34,466 nucleotides of DNA from Octopus sinensis (taxonomy: Eukaryota): contig NW_021831709.1 of NCBI RefSeq assembly GCF_006345805.1, positions 1 to 34,466 on the forward strand. Direction: 5' to 3'. Shown piece after piece: positions 21,218 through 33,458 of the stretch. The notes beneath the pieces are model-generated. The model had not been told where the DNA came from. It saw only the letters and a list, made by a program, of their open reading frames with translations, and made no database searches. Position 1 is the stretch's first letter. Every line of letters begins with the position of its first letter. Position numbers and translations under genes: made by a program.

Positions 21218-22522
21218 GTCCCATAAGTTTTTCAGGCGTATCAATTATAAACTCTTTTGCAATGCTGACTTACTTGTGGAACACTGTGTGTGTGTGTGTG
21301 TGTGTGTGTGTTACATTACGTCCCGTAAGTTTTTCAGGTGTATGAATTATAAGCTCTTTGTAATGCTGACTTGCTTATGGAACATTATGTATTTGCGTGT
21401 GTGTGTGTGTGTGTGTGTATGTGCATGTATGTGTACATTTGTGTGTGTGTATGTGTGTGCGCTTTTCATGTCTTTCATTTCTGTGTGTGTGTGTGTGGTG
21501 TGCGTGTGCTTTTCATATATGTGTCTTTCATCTGTGTGTGTGCGTGCACATGCGCGTGTGTATGTGTGCATTATGTCCCATAAGTTTTTCAGGCATATCA
21601 ATTATTAACTCTTTGCAATGCTGACTTACTTATGGAACGCTGTGTATTTGTAGTGCATATGCGTTTCATCTCTGTGTGTGTGTGTGTGTGTGTGTGCATT
21701 GCGTCCCATAAGTTTTTCAGGTATATCAATTATTAACTCTTTGCAATGCTGACTTACTTATGGAACGCTGTGTATTTGTAGTGCATATGCGTTTCATCTC
21801 TGTGTGTGTGTGTGTGTGTGTGCATTGCGTCCCATAAGTTTTTCAGGTATATCAATTATTAACTCTTTGCAATGCTGACTTACTTATGGAACGCTGTGTA
21901 TTTGTAGTGCATATGCGTTTCATCTCTGTGTGTGTGTGTGTGTGCATTGCGTCCCATAAGTTTTTCAGGTATATCAATTATTAACTCTTTGCAATGCTGA
22001 CTTACTTATGGAACGCTGTGTATTTGTAGTGCATATGCGTTTCATCTCTGTGTGTGTGTGTGTGTGTGCATTGCGTCCCATAAGTTTTTCAGGTATATCA
22101 ATTATTAACTCTTTGCAATGCTGACTTGCTTATGGAACACTGAATGTGCATGTAGTTTGTGTGCATGTGTGTGAGATGTCCCATAAGTTTTTCAGGCTTA
22201 TCAATTACAAATACCTTATAATACTGACTTGCTCATGAAACGCTGAGTATGTGCCTGTATTTCACTTGTGTGGGTGTGCATGCGTGTGTGTGTGTATGTG
22301 TGCATGCATGCGTGTATAATTTCCGAGTAAATGTGCCCAAGTATAAGTGTGTGTGTTATGTCCCATAAGATTTTCAGGCATACCGGTTATAAACTCCTTA
22401 CAATGCTGACTCACTTATGGAACACCGTATGTATATGTATTCTGCTTGTGCGTATCATGTCCCATAAGTTTTTCAGGCATATCAATTAGAAACTACTTAC
22501 AAAGCTGACTCGCTTATGGGAC
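21218..22522. ncRNA. Tandem array of ten ~64-nt hairpins; candidate microRNA cluster
   Basis: Units start at 21218, 21320, 21575, 21703, 21829, 21951, 22075, 22178, 22360 and 22459. Consensus GTCCCATAAGTTTTTCAGG(C/T)AT-loop-ATGCTGACTTACTTATGGAAC, with (TG)-rich spacers of variable length. The array itself is certain; RNA function is inferred. Confidence 0.45.
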
Positions 22523-22653
22523 GCTCTGTTTGTTCATGTATTTCATTTGTGTGGGTGTATACATGTGTGTGTGTGTATCATAAGCATGGACGAGATACTA
22601 ATACTGGAAAACGAAAGGAAAAAAAAAATCATTACAATATATATATATATATG

Positions 22654-22702
<49 letters not shown>

Positions 22703-23022
22703 GTATATATGCAGGCAAGTGTTGCTATGACTGTAATTTTCTGTCCGTGTGTCTGTCTGACTCCAATTAAGTATTAACAATTACGTTGGTTGTGAGTTCA
22801 CAAATATCTGCTGTAGCCATTTCATTGAATTATCCCATGTATTGATTGCACACCCATCCGCACACGACCACATATATATAAAAATGCAAATACGTCTGAT
22901 TTTATAAACGAGAGACAAACCTCGTTAAATGGAGCTGGAATTTATTCATTTATTCAAAGCCGACACTTCTCTCTTCGTCGCAAAACCTCGAGTTGTTGTC
23001 ATTATTATTATTGTTATTATTA

Positions 23023-23409
23023 AGGCGGCGAGATGGCAGAATCGTTAATGAGCTGGGCAAGATGCTCAGTGGCATATCGTCCGTCGCTACGTTCCGAGTT
23101 CAAATTCCGCCGAGGCTGACTTTGCCTTTCATTCTTTCGGGGCCGATAAATTAAGTACCAGTCAAGTACTAGTCTTCTCCCCACGAATTTCAGGCCTTGT
23201 GCCTATAGAAAAAAGGTTATCATCATCATCATCATCATCATTATTATTATTATCATTATTATCATTATTATCATTATTATATTATTATTATTATTATTAT
23301 TATTGCTATTAACACTTTGAGTGCCATGTATACAATATATGTACACACAGCACTTAACAAATGAGCAGCATTTTCTCCAGTGTGGTAATGATTCTACTAG
23401 CTCGCCACC

Positions 23410-23454
<45 letters not shown>

Positions 23455-24306
23455 GGGCAGCGAGCTGGCAGAATCGTTACCACGCTGGGTGAAATGCTTA
23501 GCGGTATTTCATCTGCCGTTACGTTCTGAGTTCAAATTCCGCTGAGGTCGACTTTGCCTTTCATCCTTTCGGGGTCGATTAAATAAGTACCAGTTACGCA
23601 CTGGGGTCGATGTAATTTGTCTGTTCCTATTTGTCCCCTCGATGTTTAGCCCCCCGTGGGCAATAATGAAATAAATAAATAATAATAATGATTCTTTCTA
23701 CTGAAGGCACAAAGCTTGAAATTTGGTGGGTGGGGTCTAGTTAATTACATCAACCTCAGTATTTCACTGGTACTTACTTTATTGACCCTGAAAGGATTAA
23801 AGGCAAAATTGAACTCCGAATGTAAAGACGAACAAAATGCCGCTAAGCATTTTCCCCACCATGCTAATGATTCTGCCAGCTCACTGCCTTAATAAGGACA
23901 ATGATCCTTTCCACTAAAAGCACATGGCCTGGAATTGTGGAGGAGGGGACTAGTCAATTACATCAACCCCAGTGTTTCACTGGTACCTATTTTATCAACC
24001 CTGAAAGGATACCAGGCAAAGTTAACCTCAGCGACATTTGAACTCAGAACATATCTATGGGTGAAATACTTATTTCTTTACTACCCACAAGGGGCCATAC
24101 ACAGAGAGGACAAACAAGGACAAATGGATTAAGCCGATTATATCAACCCCAGTGCGTAACTGGTATTTATTTAATCGACCCCGAAAGGATGAAAGGCAAA
24201 GTCGACCTCGGCAGAATTTGAACTCAGACCGTAGCGGAGAGATGGCAGATGAAATACCGCTAAGCATTTCGCCGGGCATGCTAACGATTCTGCCAGCTCG
24301 TCTCCT
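23023..24306. mobile_element. Cluster of about six family B SINE copies in mixed orientation within (AAT)n/(ATC)n tracts
   Basis: Plus-strand copies at 23023-23220 and 23456-23680. Minus-strand copies at about 23350-23410, 23690-23890, 23900-24050 and 24063-24306. Confidence 0.8.
23218..23310. repeat. (ATC)n/(ATT)n microsatellite, representative of dozens of (TA)n, (TG)n, (AAT)n and (CAT)n tracts in the window
   Basis: Seen directly in the sequence. Confidence 0.95.
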
Positions 24307-24889
24307 TAATAATAATAATAATAATAATAATGATAATAATAATGATGATAATGATGTTGATGATGTTCATTCTAAGGCTGAGATTATTTGAATAAATATT
24401 ATTCTAAACATGGAATGCAAACAGAGGCTTCGGTTAAATGGTATATAACCAGGAATGGAAGCAGTAGGAGGAGATGAAAAAACAACAAAGTTTATCAGAT
24501 AAACAGTTTACATTAGCATTTGCACGTCGAATGTAGAGGCAGCACATTAGCTGAGTTAATTAGCAGTAATTATGTGGTGAGGAAAAGACAACATTACATC
24601 ATGTATGACCAGGACCTGTTGCTTGCTTTCATTATAATATCTTCGCTGTCTTTTTTATTTTCTTTCTAATTATATCTTATCCTGAGGTTCATATTTGTGT
24701 TGGAATTTAAATATCTAAGTAAGGAATTCTACATTTTGGGGGTAGAGGAGAAATATATATATGTATATATAAAAAATCAAATAAAGGTAGAAATTGATAT
24801 TAAACAATTAAAACCAGTGGCCTAGCATATTTTAAAAAATCCGAAGATTAAAAAATTCTTTTAAATACAAAATTTAGTCCTCTAAATGT

Positions 24890-24925
<36 letters not shown>

Positions 24926-25153
24926 ATATTCGGTTTAAGCAATTGAGATTCAAGTGAGTTCTAATGAATTCACATGAATATGGTCCTTAACTAGGATGCA
25001 CCGGAAATCTATATGGTGTTAACCATACGACAAAGTGGGGTGATTACAAATAGGAAATGAGCAACAAGAATGGATCAATATATCGGTACAATTGTTTCAT
25101 ATGAGGACATCTTTAATAAAGCTACAAAAATTGCAGTAAATATAGGTGGCTCA

Positions 25154-25209
<56 letters not shown>

Positions 25210-25296
25210 CTTTTACCCACTTCGGTTATTAGGCTGCTGCCCATGCTGGGGCACCACCTTGGAGAATTTTTAGTCAAATGAATCAATCCCAGTAGT

Positions 25297-25517
25297 CATC
25301 ATCATCGTTTAACATCTGCTTTCCATGCTAGCATGGGTTGGACGATTTGACTGAGGACTGGCGAACCAGATGGCTGCACCAGGCTCCAATCTGATCTGGC
25401 AGAGATTCTACAGCTGCATGCCCTTCCTAACACCAACCAATCCGAGAGTGTAGTGGGTGCTTTTATGTGCCACTGGCACGAGGGCCAGTCAGGCGGTACT
25501 GGCAACGGCCATGCTCA
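25297..25517 (-). mobile_element. Family D element 3' portion
   Basis: Reverse complement of the 20780-20965 type sequence, with (CAT)n at the left. Confidence 0.78.
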
Positions 25518-25617
25518 GAATAAGTCCTAGGGTTGAATTGTCCGACTAAAGGCAGTGCTACAGCATGACCGCAGTCAAATGACATAAACAAGTAAAAGAA
25601 TTAAAAAATACAATATA

Positions 25618-25660
<43 letters not shown>

Positions 25661-26129
25661 TATATATAGACATACACACGCACACATGCAAAGGGCTTCT
25701 TCCAGTTTCCGTCTATCAAATCTGCCCACAAGGCTTTGGTTGGCTGAAGGCTATAGTAGAAGACAAGTGCCCAAGAAATTGCTCAGTGGGACTGAACCCG
25801 GAACCATGTGGTTCGGAAGCAAACTTCTTAGCCACACCACTACAACTGTACCAAGTATGTGTATATATATATGTACACACACACTTCCCTACCTGTTTGC
25901 CTTGTTAGCTGGCTCTCTATCCTTTCCTTCATTTATTTATCTTTCTCTTGCACATCTTTGTGTGTGCATCATTTTGTATCTAAGTACTTTGTCATCAAGC
26001 AATCTCTCCATCCTTACAATTTAATTATCTACCTACCTTTCAACATAATATACATCAATATACACACACACACACATTGTTGTAAAGAAAGGATGAACAT
26101 GTATGTTTGTGTGTATGCTCTTTTTTTTT

Positions 26130-26538
26130 TTTTACTGTTTTACTTGTTTCAGTCATTTGACTGCGGCCATGCTGGAGCACCGCCTTTAGTGGAGCAAATC
26201 GACAACCCCCAGGACTTATTCTTTGTAAGCCTATTACTTATTCTATCAGTCTCTTTTGCCGAACCGCTAAGTGACGGGGACGTAAACACACCAGCATCGG
26301 TTGTCAAGCGATGTTGCGAGGACAAACACAGACACACAAGCAAACACACACACACACATATATATATATACATATATACGACGGGCTTCTTTCAGTTTCC
26401 GTCTACCAAATCCACTCTAAAGGCTTTGGTCGGCCCGAGGCTATATTAGAAGATACTTGACCGAGGTTCCACGCAGTGGGACTGAACCCGCAACCATGTG
26501 GTTGGTAAGCAGGCTACTTACCACACAGCCACTCCTGC
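26130..26538 (-). mobile_element. SINE family A, full length
   Basis: Same structure as 3645-4065. Confidence 0.9.
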
Positions 26539-26544
26539 ACCCTG

Positions 26545-26579
<35 letters not shown>

Positions 26580-26595
<16 letters not shown>

Positions 26596-26960
26596 GGCAG
26601 TTTGTCTGTGTGTGTTTCTGTGTGTCTGTTTGGTTGTACCCTCACTCTGACCACGGCTTTCAACCGATTCTGATGAAACTTGACACACACATAGCCCAAT
26701 GTCATAATTCAAAACTAACGCAGCGAAAATTTTGAAAAGTTCCCCCAGTTCTGAAAAAAATCGATAAATTCGACATGGGGTCGAGAATCAGAAACCCAAA
26801 CCACAGACCGTCTAGGGGACGCAACTCCACCTTTTTTAACTCAAAAAAATTTACCATCATTTTTTTTCCATTTTTTTGCTATTTTTTGGCTATAACTCTC
26901 TAAAAATGCTTTATAGTTATTTCCCTTACAAACCTGAGCAACGCCGGGCGATACTGCTAG
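26580..26960 (+). mobile_element. Non-autonomous Helitron
   Basis: The 5' end lies within (TA)n (start approximate) and is followed by a GTCTGT microsatellite and ACCGATTCTGATGAAACTT. 3' hairpin CCTGAGCAACGCCGGG, then CTAG|T at 26957-26961. Confidence 0.8.
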
Positions 26961-27493
26961 TATATAATATACACATGCACAACACATAATCAGAGCTGAA
27001 AGATTGCTTTAAGACACATGGCATGTTTTATAAATATGCCTGCTCAAGTATCATAATAGCATGAAACTATTAGTAGCTTTTTCAGCTGTGTATTTAATTT
27101 GATGTGTGTGTGTGTATGGGTTCTTATTCCCTAGCAATCTATTTGGCTATCTGACCCCAGACCCATCTATTTCTACATGTGTATCCACTCTATCATGGAT
27201 GTCTACCCGTGCACACGTGTGCGCATGCATGCCTACATATGCATGCATACGCGTGCGCACACACATTCACAGGCAAATATGTATCCCTATTTTTTCCTGT
27301 CATCATATCTATATACACATGAATGTTTATGTGTGTGTGTGTGCACATTTCTACACACACACACACACACACCACACAATAAATTAATCATACATGTCAT
27401 GTCTCCTACAAGTCTGTCAGATTTGAGAATGTATACCATTTTAAATACTGTTTTACTAATGAGAAAACTGTGTGTGCGTTGCCTGACCCATCC

Positions 27494-27857
27494 TACTCTT
27501 TTACTTGTTTCAGTCATTTGACTGCGGCCATGCTGGAGCACCGCCATTAGTCGAGGAAATTGGCCCCAGGACTTATACGTTGTAAGCCTAGTAGTTATTC
27601 TATTGGTCTCTTTTGCCGCTAGGTTACGGGGATGCAAACACACCAGCATCAGTTGTCAAGCAATGTTGGGGGACAAACACACACACATGTATATACATAT
27701 ATACGACGGGCTTCTTTCAGTTTCCGTCTACCAAATCCACTCACAAGTCTTTTGTTGGCCCGAGGCTATAGTAGAAGACACTCGCCCAAGGTGCCACGCA
27801 GTGGGACTGAACCCGGAACCATGTGGTTGGTAAGCAAGCTACTTACCACACAGCCAC
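27494..27857 (-). mobile_element. SINE family A
   Basis: Matches the family A consensus over its full body. Confidence 0.87.
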
Positions 27858-28465
27858 TAAAATATAGTTGGTTGATTTATACACCAAGACAGTTTTAGAG
27901 GATCCAAAATTCCATGTGAAATGCAACAAGATTTGGAAAGATAATAATGATGTTGGAATGGTTACATGACATTTTTACACTCTATGCTTTGTTGTCTTGT
28001 ATGCTGGAAAATATGGTAGAGTCTGTGTTCTCACTTGAAAAATGGTGAGTAAACTAACGTCTAACGTCACGGTGTTTGTTTTATGAGATTTTTCTGAGTT
28101 ATCGAAGTCTGTTTTCTAATGTATTATTATTTATTAATATCGCAACTCCAAACATCTGTTGTTTGCTATTTATGGAGCAATTATTTATGTCACATTAGAT
28201 TAGACATGCACATACAATTTTTAACATCTGCTTTTCATGCTGTCATGTGTCGGAGGATTGCACCAAGATCTACTGGCTGCTCAGGCATGGTTTCATTGGC
28301 TGGATGCCCCACGTACCACCAGCCACAAAGCGTACTCGGGCTTTCTTCTTTTATTTGTGTGACACCAGCACGGTCACCAACACACACAATGCACCTTGTC
28401 ACACATGGTCAAACATATTCATGCTTCATCGGACACTTACACTAATACACAAATATATATATATA

Positions 28466-28880
28466 TATTTCTTTACTACCCACAAGGGGCTAAACATAGA
28501 GGGGACAAACAAGGACAGACAAACGGATTAAGTCAATTACATCGACCCCAGTGCGAAACTGGTACTTTATTTATCTACTCCGAAAGGATGAAAGGCAAAA
28601 TCGACCTCGGCAAAATTTGAACTCAGAATGTAGCAGCTGACGAAATACCTATTTCTTTACTACCCGCAAGGGACTAAACACAGAGGGGACAAACAAGGAC
28701 AGACAAAGGGATTAAGTCGATTACATCGACCCCAGTACGAAACTGTTACTTTATTTATCGACCCCGAGATGATGAAAGGCAAAGTCGACCTCAGCGGAAT
28801 TTGAACCCAGAACGTAATGGCAGACAAAATACGGCTACGTATTTCGCCCGGCGTGCTAACGTTTCTGCCAGCTCGCCGCC
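28466..28880 (-). mobile_element. Family B SINE dimer
   Basis: Junction GACGAAATACCTATTTCTTT near 28640-28658. Full head at the right end. Confidence 0.87.
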
Positions 28881-29409
28881 TTTCACACACAAGTACACAC
28901 AAATATATATACTGGTGGACTTACATAGACAAATGCACACATCCACATACAGTACTTCATTCATGCAGCCATGCATGCAAACATGCACACACTGAACAAG
29001 TTCATTTTTGAAGTGTAAGATCTCGTGAACACATGCGAACACACACACACGTTTAAGTAACTGTATACAATTTAACTATGTCGCATATAAATCAGTCACA
29101 TCAGGCCCAAAATATTCTGCCTGTTTCATAAACAGACTGGCCAGATCCAGCCTCTCACACCGACCCCACAATGTCATTCTAAGAATAAACCACCACCACC
29201 TTACTGAAATTTTTACCACTAGGAGGAGACAATGCATGAATAATGCGAAATAAATGTGGATAAATAAGATTAACATTCAACCGAGTAATCCAAATGCCAA
29301 AAGGTTGAATCAAAGTGCTTAATATCAAATGGTAGAATCTAGATAAATATTTAACTAAGATCATGGTACTTAGAAGACTTCTCCTGTCCCTTCGTGTATG
29401 TGTGTATAC

Positions 29410-29440
<31 letters not shown>

Positions 29441-29524
29441 CATTAAGGAACATGATTACTTTATATAATTATTAGATGTATTGAATGCTTTTTACTTGTA
29501 AATGATACTGTATGTACATATATG

Positions 29525-29573
<49 letters not shown>

Positions 29574-29633
29574 GTCAGAATTTCGACTGCTATTTCGGCA
29601 TGTCGGTGTCTCTTAGACACCCTCATTTTTAAT

Positions 29634-29674
<41 letters not shown>

Positions 29675-29677
29675 ATG

Positions 29678-29809
29678 TATAATCAAAATAAGCAACAAGT
29701 ATATCCGAGGTAATGTGGTACGATCGTTTCATGCCACTTCATTTTATTAAACACTGTAAGCATTACATCAGTTTTACCTCGGATATACTTGTTGCTTATT
29801 TTGATTATA
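29678..29809. repeat. Perfect 36-bp inverted repeat with 60-bp spacer (probable PLE inverted pLTR fragment)
   Basis: TATAATCAAAATAAGCAACAAGTATATCCGAGGTAA at 29678-29713 and its exact reverse complement at 29774-29809. Confidence 0.85.
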
Positions 29810-30376
29810 ATCACCCCGTGGATTTATATGATGGATACCACCATACAAAATTCTGGTGCTTTTGACTTAAGTACCATATTCATCTGAATCTAAATTTTGC
29901 TGAACTTATATGTGTATGTATGTATGTATGTATAAAAATTGTCATCGTTATCATCATTTTAATGTCCATTTGATCCATGGTTGTCCATGAGTCAGATGGA
30001 ATTTGTTGAAGTAGATCTTTCTGTGGACAGATGCCCTTTCTGTTGTCTGCCCTCCTCCATTTCCAAGGAAAGTAATATTTTCTCATGACCGGACGTGTTT
30101 TCAAAGAACGGTAATCATTTTACAACGATCACATGATTCTCTCTCTCTCTCTCTCCCCCTCTCTCTCACACACACACACGCACACATAACAGGTTTCTTT
30201 CAGTTTCCGTCTACCAAATCCACTGACAAAGCTTTGGTTGTCCTGAGGTTAGAGTGAAAGATTCTTATTCAAGTGCTATGCAATGGGACTGAACCCGGAA
30301 CCATGCGGTTGGGAAGCAAACCTCTTACTACACAGCCACGTCTACACCTAGCCAAACCTACACCTTTTATTTACAT

Positions 30377-30888
30377 ATCATCATCATCATCGTTTAACAT
30401 CTGCTTTCCAGGCTAGCATGGGTTGGACGATTTGACTGAGGTCTGGCGAACCAGACTCCAATCTGATCTGGCAGAGTTCCTACAGCTGGATGCCCTTCTT
30501 AACGCCAACCACTCCAAGATTGTAGTGGGTGCTTTTACGTGCCACCAGCATGAGGGCCAGTTAGGTGGTACTGGCAACGGCCATGCTCAAATGGTGCTTT
30601 TTATGTGCCACCTGCAGAGGAGCCAGTCCAGCGGCACTGGCAGCGACCTCGCTCGAATATTTTTTACACGTGGCACCAGCACAAATGCCAGTAAGGTGAC
30701 GCTGGTAACAATCAGGCTCGAATGGTGTTTTTAACGTGCCATAGGCACGAAGGCCAGCTTGTTGCTCTGGCAACGATCTCACTCATATGGTACTCTTAGC
30801 GCTCCACTAGCAATGGACGCCAGTCACCGAGTTTGATTTCAATTTCACTTGCCTCAACTGGTCTTCGCAAGCAGAGTTTAGTGTCCAA
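30377..30888 (-). mobile_element. Family D element, long copy with about five internal ~60-bp subrepeats
   Basis: (CAT)n, RTE-type tail and repeated GGTGCTTTT(T)A(C/T)GTGCCA..GCCAG..CTGGCAACG blocks. Two more subunits lie at 30975-31105. Confidence 0.78.
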
Positions 30889-31106
30889 TATATGCATGTA
30901 TGTTTGTGGGTGTGTGAGTTTATATATACGTGTTTGTGTGTATGTATGTATATGCTTATGTTTGTGTGTACACCACGCTCAAGTGGTGTTTTTCACGTGC
31001 CGCCAGCACAAGTGCCAGTAAGGCGACACTGGCAACGATCTCGTTTGAATGGTTCTTTTTACGCGCCACCAGCATGGAAGCCAGTCAGCTGCTCTGACTG
31101 ATCACA

Positions 31107-31152
<46 letters not shown>

Positions 31153-31194
31153 CAAAGTTTAGGTTAGTTGAAATATGTTTGAGGCATATATGTT

Positions 31195-31575
31195 TACCAA
31201 CCACATGGTTCTGGGTTCAGTCCCACTGCGTAGCACCTTGGGCAAGTGCCTTCTACTGTAGCCTTGAGCCAACCAAAGCCTTGTGAGTGGATTTGATAGA
31301 AGGAAACTAAAAGAAGCCCATTGTATATATATGTATATATATTTGTATGTATGTGTGTGTGTGTATGTTTGTGTGTCTGTGTTTGTCCCACCAACATTGC
31401 TTGACAACTGATGCTGGTGTGTTTACGTCCCTGTAACTTAGCGGTTCAGCAAAAGAGACCGATAGAATAAGTATTAGGCTTACAAAGAATAAGACCTGGG
31501 GTCGATTTGCTCGACTAAAGGCGGTGCTCCAGCATGGCCACAGTCAAATGACTGAAACAAGTAAAAAAGAGAGAG
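31195..31575 (+). mobile_element. SINE family A, 5'-clipped, with CpG decay
   Basis: GGGTTCAGTCCC B-box and CCTTGGGCAAGTG. GCCTTGAGCCAACC replaces consensus GCCTCGGGCCGACC. Confidence 0.87.
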
Positions 31576-32122
31576 AGTAATGAGTATATGTGTATATATT
31601 AGTGAGTGCTTAGTATGAAACTTAATGATAGTTAATGCTCAATAACTACTAACAACAAATACAGTGTTGACGATTATAATCCAGTAATTAGCTCTGAACA
31701 TTGAAGATTTGATAAGCTTGTTTGTAGTTGTAATCATTATAACAATTGTTTATTAAGTTGGCAATTAACGACTTCCTTAATTAACCATCAAACATCAGTT
31801 TTATGAAATTGGCCATGGGCAAATGTGTTTATACCAGAGACATGGTTTATTGTATATTCATGGTTTCTCTGTAGAGAAATTTAGGGTTAAATAGAAGGTG
31901 TGTGGGTGGGTGTTGGATCATTAATATAGCAAGTTTATTTCCACTAATTGGGAATCAGATTTTGTGGTGATGGTCATGGTGCAATTGGTTGTGGTGTTGT
32001 CATTTAGCTCTGCTCAACCTTGATTGTGATTATAACCAAATGCATTTCGTCCCTACCCATCCAATGTTTTTGCATATCTTACAGCATATAGTTCAATGTG
32101 CCCTTCCTGTTTCTTCATCTTG

Positions 32123-32153
<31 letters not shown>

Positions 32154-32216
32154 CCATTGTCATTATCACCATTACCACCACCCTGTTACCTCCACCATCA
32201 TCATTATTGTTATCCA

Positions 32217-32449
32217 CCTATTTGTTTAATACCCACAAGGGGCTAAACACAGAGGGGACAAACAAGGACAGACAAACGGATTAAGTGGATTACATCGACC
32301 TCAGTGCGTAACTGGTACTTAATTTATCGACCCCCGAAAGGATGAAAGGCAAAGTCGACCTCAGTGGAATTCAAACTCACAACGTAACGCAGACGAAATA
32401 CCGCTAAGCATTTCGCCCGGCGTGCTAACGTTTCTACCAGCTCGCCACC
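32217..32449 (-). mobile_element. Family B SINE within (CAT)/(CAC) repeats
   Basis: Full-length reverse-complement match to the family B consensus. Confidence 0.87.
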
Positions 32450-33156
32450 TTACCATTACCACCACCATCATCTTCACTATCATCGTTCTCATCATAACCA
32501 CTATCATCATCATAGCCATAGCCATAGCCATAACCATCACCACCACCACTAATACCATCATCAACTTCTTTTAGCATCCATGCTCCATGCTGGCATATGT
32601 TGGACGGTTTTACAGGATCTGATGGCGCCAAGGACTGTATTCTGCTCTACTGTTTGGATTGCTTTAGCATGGTTTTTTCCCTTCTTCCCGCCAAACACTT
32701 TACAGCGTGTACCAGGTGTTTCTTGGTGCTGCCAGCACTAGCAGAGGTTGCCATGCAGTTTGCAGGACTACAAGCCCTGACAGAGGTGGACTGGAGTCCA
32801 GAATGCATTTGGCAGCCAGCTTCATGCATGAGAACTAGGTGCTAAAATATGAGAGAAGATGGTTGGTTGTGTGATCAAAGCAGGTTCCTGCATGGCTACT
32901 TAAATTTCATAGAAGAAAAGAATGAGAAAGGAGAAATGACCCAGAGGTGCTGCAAAGTGATAAAATGGCATTGGGGGTGTCTTAGTGGACCCTGAGGGCA
33001 CAGTTGGGTAGAATAGTGTTCGTAGGCTGTTAGTGTACTATATAAGTACAACTTTCCGAACCCTGATGGTCCGGAACTTTTAATAATCTGCACTAATTTA
33101 CACCAATGTACAGATACTTTTATTTCACTTAAGTAAATTTAATATTTAGTTTAATT

Positions 33157-33458
33157 GTGGAGGCACATGACCTAGTGGTTAGAGTAGCGGACTCATGGTT
33201 GAGAGATCGCGGGTTCGAATCTCAGACCGGGCGATGTGTATGTTTCTGAGTGAAACACCTAAGCTCCACGCGGCTCCGGCAGAAGGTAATGGCGAACTTC
33301 TGCTGACTCTTTCACCACAACTTTCTTTCACTCTTTCCTCCTGCATCTTGCAGCTCACCTGCGACGGACTGGCGTCCCATCCTGGTGGGGAACCTATACG
33401 CCAAGGAAACCAGGAAGCCGGCCCTAATGAGCCAGGCATGGCTTGAGAACGAACAAAC
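33157..33458 (+). mobile_element. SINE family C, tail type 3 (V-domain-like), with 16-bp TSD
   Basis: GGTTCGAATCTC B-box and CCTGCGACGGACTGGCGTCCCATCC (V-SINE-like). TSD AATATTTAGTTTAATT at 33141-33156 and 33459-33474. Confidence 0.88.

Noticed and set aside
21218-22522. CRISPR-like repeat-spacer appearance
   Set aside because: The context is eukaryotic, the repeats are 64 nt, the spacers are homologous TG-rich sequences of very unequal length, and there are no cas genes.
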